Assembly (NCBI GenBank): GCA_963778655.1
Contig: CAVZVA010000010.1
Span: forward strand, 1,696,001-1,760,000
Direction of reading: 5' to 3'
Length of the DNA stretch: 64,000 nt
Source of the DNA: an uncultured delta proteobacterium
Lineage (GTDB): Bacteria; Myxococcota_A; Polyangia; Polyangiales; JAFGIB01
In this document: positions 61,606 through 64,000 of the stretch, one piece after another
Layout: each line of letters starts with the position of its first letter
Position numbering within the stretch: the stretch's first letter is position 1
Notes under the pieces: model-generated
The model's input: only the letters and a program-made list of their open reading frames with translations
The model's database searches: none
What the model was told of the DNA's origin: nothing
Program-made: the position numbers and the translations under genes

Positions 61606-62895
61606 TCACAGCTCGCGGCCCTGAACCGGGTCTTGTGCGTGCTCCACCCAGGCGCCGATCGCGCGGATCGCCTCGTGGGTGGGCGCGCAGAAGCGGCGCA
61701 GCAGCTTCTCATCGAGCTCGGGCTCGTGGGCGGCTGCGAGCGCGCGGGCGCCGTCGAAGTCGACCAGTGCCAGGCGCAAGCACAGCGCGTCCTCGGGCAT
61801 GCCGAAGTGCTGGCCGGGCAGCGCCGAGACGCCGATGTCCTCGAGCAACCGCTCGCTCAGGTCGGCGTCGCTGCGGATGCCGCGCGCAAGCAGCGCGCGT
61901 CGCACCGGGGCGAAGCTCGGGAACAGGTAGAACGCGCCCGCCGGTGACAGCACTTGCAGGCCGCTGGCGCGCAGCACCTCGGCGGCCCAACCGGTCAGGC
62001 TGTGCAGCAGGCGGCGCGAGCGCTGCAGGTAGCGCTCGATTTCTGTCCCGCCCGCGTACGCGCGCACCGCGGCGTATTGGATCGGTGCGCTGGTCGCGGA
62101 ATAGGTCTCGCTGCCCATCGCCGAGAGCGCGTCCGACAACCAGCGCAGGCGCGCAGGAAAGCTGCACGTGCCCAGCCGCCAGCCGCCGGCGCCGCACCAC
62201 TTGGACAGCCCGCCCGACAGGATCGTGCCCTCCTCGTAGAACGCGGCCATCGACAGGTGATGACCCTCGAACTGCAGCTCGCCGTAGATCTCGTCGGAGA
62301 GCACGATGATGCGGTGGCGGCGGCAGACCTCGGCCAGCTCGACTAGGTCCGCGGCCGAGTAGGTCGCGCCGGTCGGATTGCTGGGATAGTTGAGCACCAG
62401 CAGGCGAGGGTGCCAGGCGTCCTGCCGGCACAGCGCGTCGAGCGCGTCGGCGCGCAGGCGATAGCCGTCGACCACGTGCGTCGGTACGAAGCGCAGCGCG
62501 CGCCCGGCCAGGCGCGCTTGCGGCGCGTAGGAAACCCAGGCCGGCGTCGGCACCAGGAACTCGCCGTCGAAGCAGAACAGCAGTAGGAACATCAGCTCCT
62601 TGGAGCCGGGCCCTACGATCACGTCGTCCTGACCGCGCTGCACGCCGTGACGGCGGCGGTGGTAGTCGGCCACTGCACGCCGCAGCTCGGGCAGCCCGCG
62701 CACCGGCAGGTAGTCTTTTTCGGCGGCGTTTGCCCGCAGTGCCTCGACCACCGGCAAGGGCACCGGAAACGGCGACTGGCCCAGGCCCAGGCTGAAGACC
62801 CTGCGCCCGCGGGCCGCGTGCGCAGCGGCGTGCTCGCGCGAGGCGAGCGTGGGCGAGGGCCCGAGCCAGGCGACTCGGGGATCGAGCGAGGCCAC
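61606..62895 (-). CDS. PLP-dependent class I/II aminotransferase
   Basis: LNYPSNPTG, LSDEIY, GLSKWCGAGGWRLG, GAFYLF; start approximate. Confidence 0.92.
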   Translation of the reverse strand: MASLDPRVAWLGPSPTLASREHAAAHAARGRRVFSLGLGQSPFPVPLPVVEALRANAAEKDYLPVRGLPELRRAVADYHRRRHGVQRGQDDVIVGPGSKELMFLLLFCFDGEFLVPTPAWVSYAPQARLAGRALRFVPTHVVDGYRLRADALDALCRQDAWHPRLLVLNYPSNPTGATYSAADLVELAEVCRRHRIIVLSDEIYGELQFEGHHLSMAAFYEEGTILSGGLSKWCGAGGWRLGTCSFPARLRWLSDALSAMGSETYSATSAPIQYAAVRAYAGGTEIERYLQRSRRLLHSLTGWAAEVLRASGLQVLSPAGAFYLFPSFAPVRRALLARGIRSDADLSERLLEDIGVSALPGQHFGMPEDALCLRLALVDFDGARALAAAHEPELDEKLLRRFCAPTHEAIRAIGAWVEHAQDPVQGREL

Positions 62896-63205
62896 GCTCT
62901 CGCCGGCGTACCGATCGCCGCTCACTGCAGCGCTCCGCACTCGTTGGCGAGCCCCCGCACACCGGCGGCCGTGCCACGCGCGAGCTGAGCAATGACCCGC
63001 GCCATCCCTGCAATCTAGGAACGAACGCCATGGACTGCCAGCACTTTCTCCCCGCGCCCGGAGATCGGCGTGGCAGGCGCACACGGGCGTGCGATAGGCG
63101 CTGCGATTGTGGGCGGCGCAACCACGTTGAATAGCGCGGCCGGGAACCGGCTATAATGAGAGTGCGGCGTGCGAGTCTGGGCGCGACGCTGCCCGGAGGG
63201 CCAGG

Positions 63206-64000
63206 TTGTCGAGTGCGGAGCAAGCGTCGGTCCCCGAGCGGATCGGCGGCCGCTACCAGATCGAGGCCCAGCTCGGTCAGGGCGGCACGGCCCGCGTGTA
63301 CCGCGTGCTCGATGCGCGCAGCGGGCAGCGGCTCGCGCTCAAGAAGCTGGTGCAAGGCAGCTCACACCGCGGCCCAGAGCTGCAGGTGATGTTCGAGCGC
63401 GAGTACCACACGCTGATGCATCTGGCGCATCCGCGCATCGTGCGCGTGTTCGACTACGGCCTCGACGAGGGCGATCCGTTCTACACGATGGAGCTGCTCC
63501 AAGGCGGCGACGCGCGCGAGGTCGTGCGCGGCGAGCCGCTGAGCGTGGCGCGCGCCTGCACGTTGCTGCGTGACGCGGCCTCCGCGCTCGCGCTGATCCA
63601 CTCGCGGCGCCTGGTCCATCGCGACGTCAGCCCGCACAACCTCTGGTGCACGCCCGACGGGCGCGGCACGCTGATCGACTTCGGCACGCTGGTGGCGATG
63701 GGACCGCAGTCGCGCGTCGCCGGCACGCCGCCGTTCATCGCTCCGGAGTCGCTCTACATGCAGCCGCTCGAGGCGCGGACCGATCTGTATTCGCTGGGCG
63801 CCCTGGGGTACTACCTGCTGACGCGGCGCTACGCCTATCCGGCGCGCGAGATCGCCGAGCTGCGCGAGCTGTGGCGGCGCGCGCCGCCGCGCCCGGAGCA
63901 GATCCGGCCCGAGCTGCCGCCCGCGCTGTGCGACCTGGTGATGGCGCTGCTCAGCATCGACACCCGCGGCCGTCCCGCGTCGGCGGCCGAGGTGTACGAG
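63206..64000 (+). CDS. Hanks-type Ser/Thr protein kinase (runs off window edge)
   Basis: Manual translation: RYQIEAQLGQGGTARVY, ALKKL, HPRIV, HRDVSPHN, DFG, GTPPFIAPE, DLYSLG; TTG start after GGAGG. Confidence 0.92.
   Translation, partial: MSSAEQASVPERIGGRYQIEAQLGQGGTARVYRVLDARSGQRLALKKLVQGSSHRGPELQVMFEREYHTLMHLAHPRIVRVFDYGLDEGDPFYTMELLQGGDAREVVRGEPLSVARACTLLRDAASALALIHSRRLVHRDVSPHNLWCTPDGRGTLIDFGTLVAMGPQSRVAGTPPFIAPESLYMQPLEARTDLYSLGALGYYLLTRRYAYPAREIAELRELWRRAPPRPEQIRPELPPALCDLVMALLSIDTRGRPASAAEVYE

Noticed and set aside
63127..63157. Promoter TTGAAT...TATAAT before the Ser/Thr kinase
   Set aside because: The spacer is 19 bp; the -10 box may be real but the pair is not well supported

Overview
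High-GC window that looks like chromosomal DNA of a myxobacterium (Myxococcota, probably Polyangiales-like). This is judged by eye from the 16S rRNA, a DigR-like regulator, FHA/PilZ/Ser-Thr kinase genes and an orphan FliO/FliP pair. Most of the window is housekeeping and signalling genes (queE, coaX, murI, rseP, rsmB, coaE, dtd, astA, metG, tldD/pmbA) plus a complete rRNA operon (16S-tRNA-Ile-tRNA-Ala-23S-5S), tRNA-Ser(TGA) and tRNA-Pro(CGG). The main accessory feature is a ~5.15 kb island integrated at tRNA-Ser, bounded by a perfect 56-bp direct repeat (3981-4036 / 9130-9185). It appears to have lost most of its integrase and conjugation genes: an IncP-like traM, a traL tail, an Xis-like gene and a probable integrase C-terminal stub remain. 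It still carries two intact toxin-antitoxin pairs (Xre/RES and addiction-module/RelE-ParE) and an uncharacterised 246-aa protein with an R-x4-H (HEPN-like) motif, the best candidate here for an undescribed toxin or defence function. Two intergenic structured repeat families are present: a ~90-bp REP-like element (at least 6 loci, one a 109-bp tandem array) and a ~191-bp MITE-like element (2 copies, one ending in the tldD stop codon). Other oddities are a frameshifted FHA gene, a kinase lacking its ATPase domain, a FliP/SctR lacking the Met gasket, and a collagen-CHRD lipoprotein beside a diheme cytochrome lipoprotein. All family calls are from motif recognition by eye; no database searches were run.
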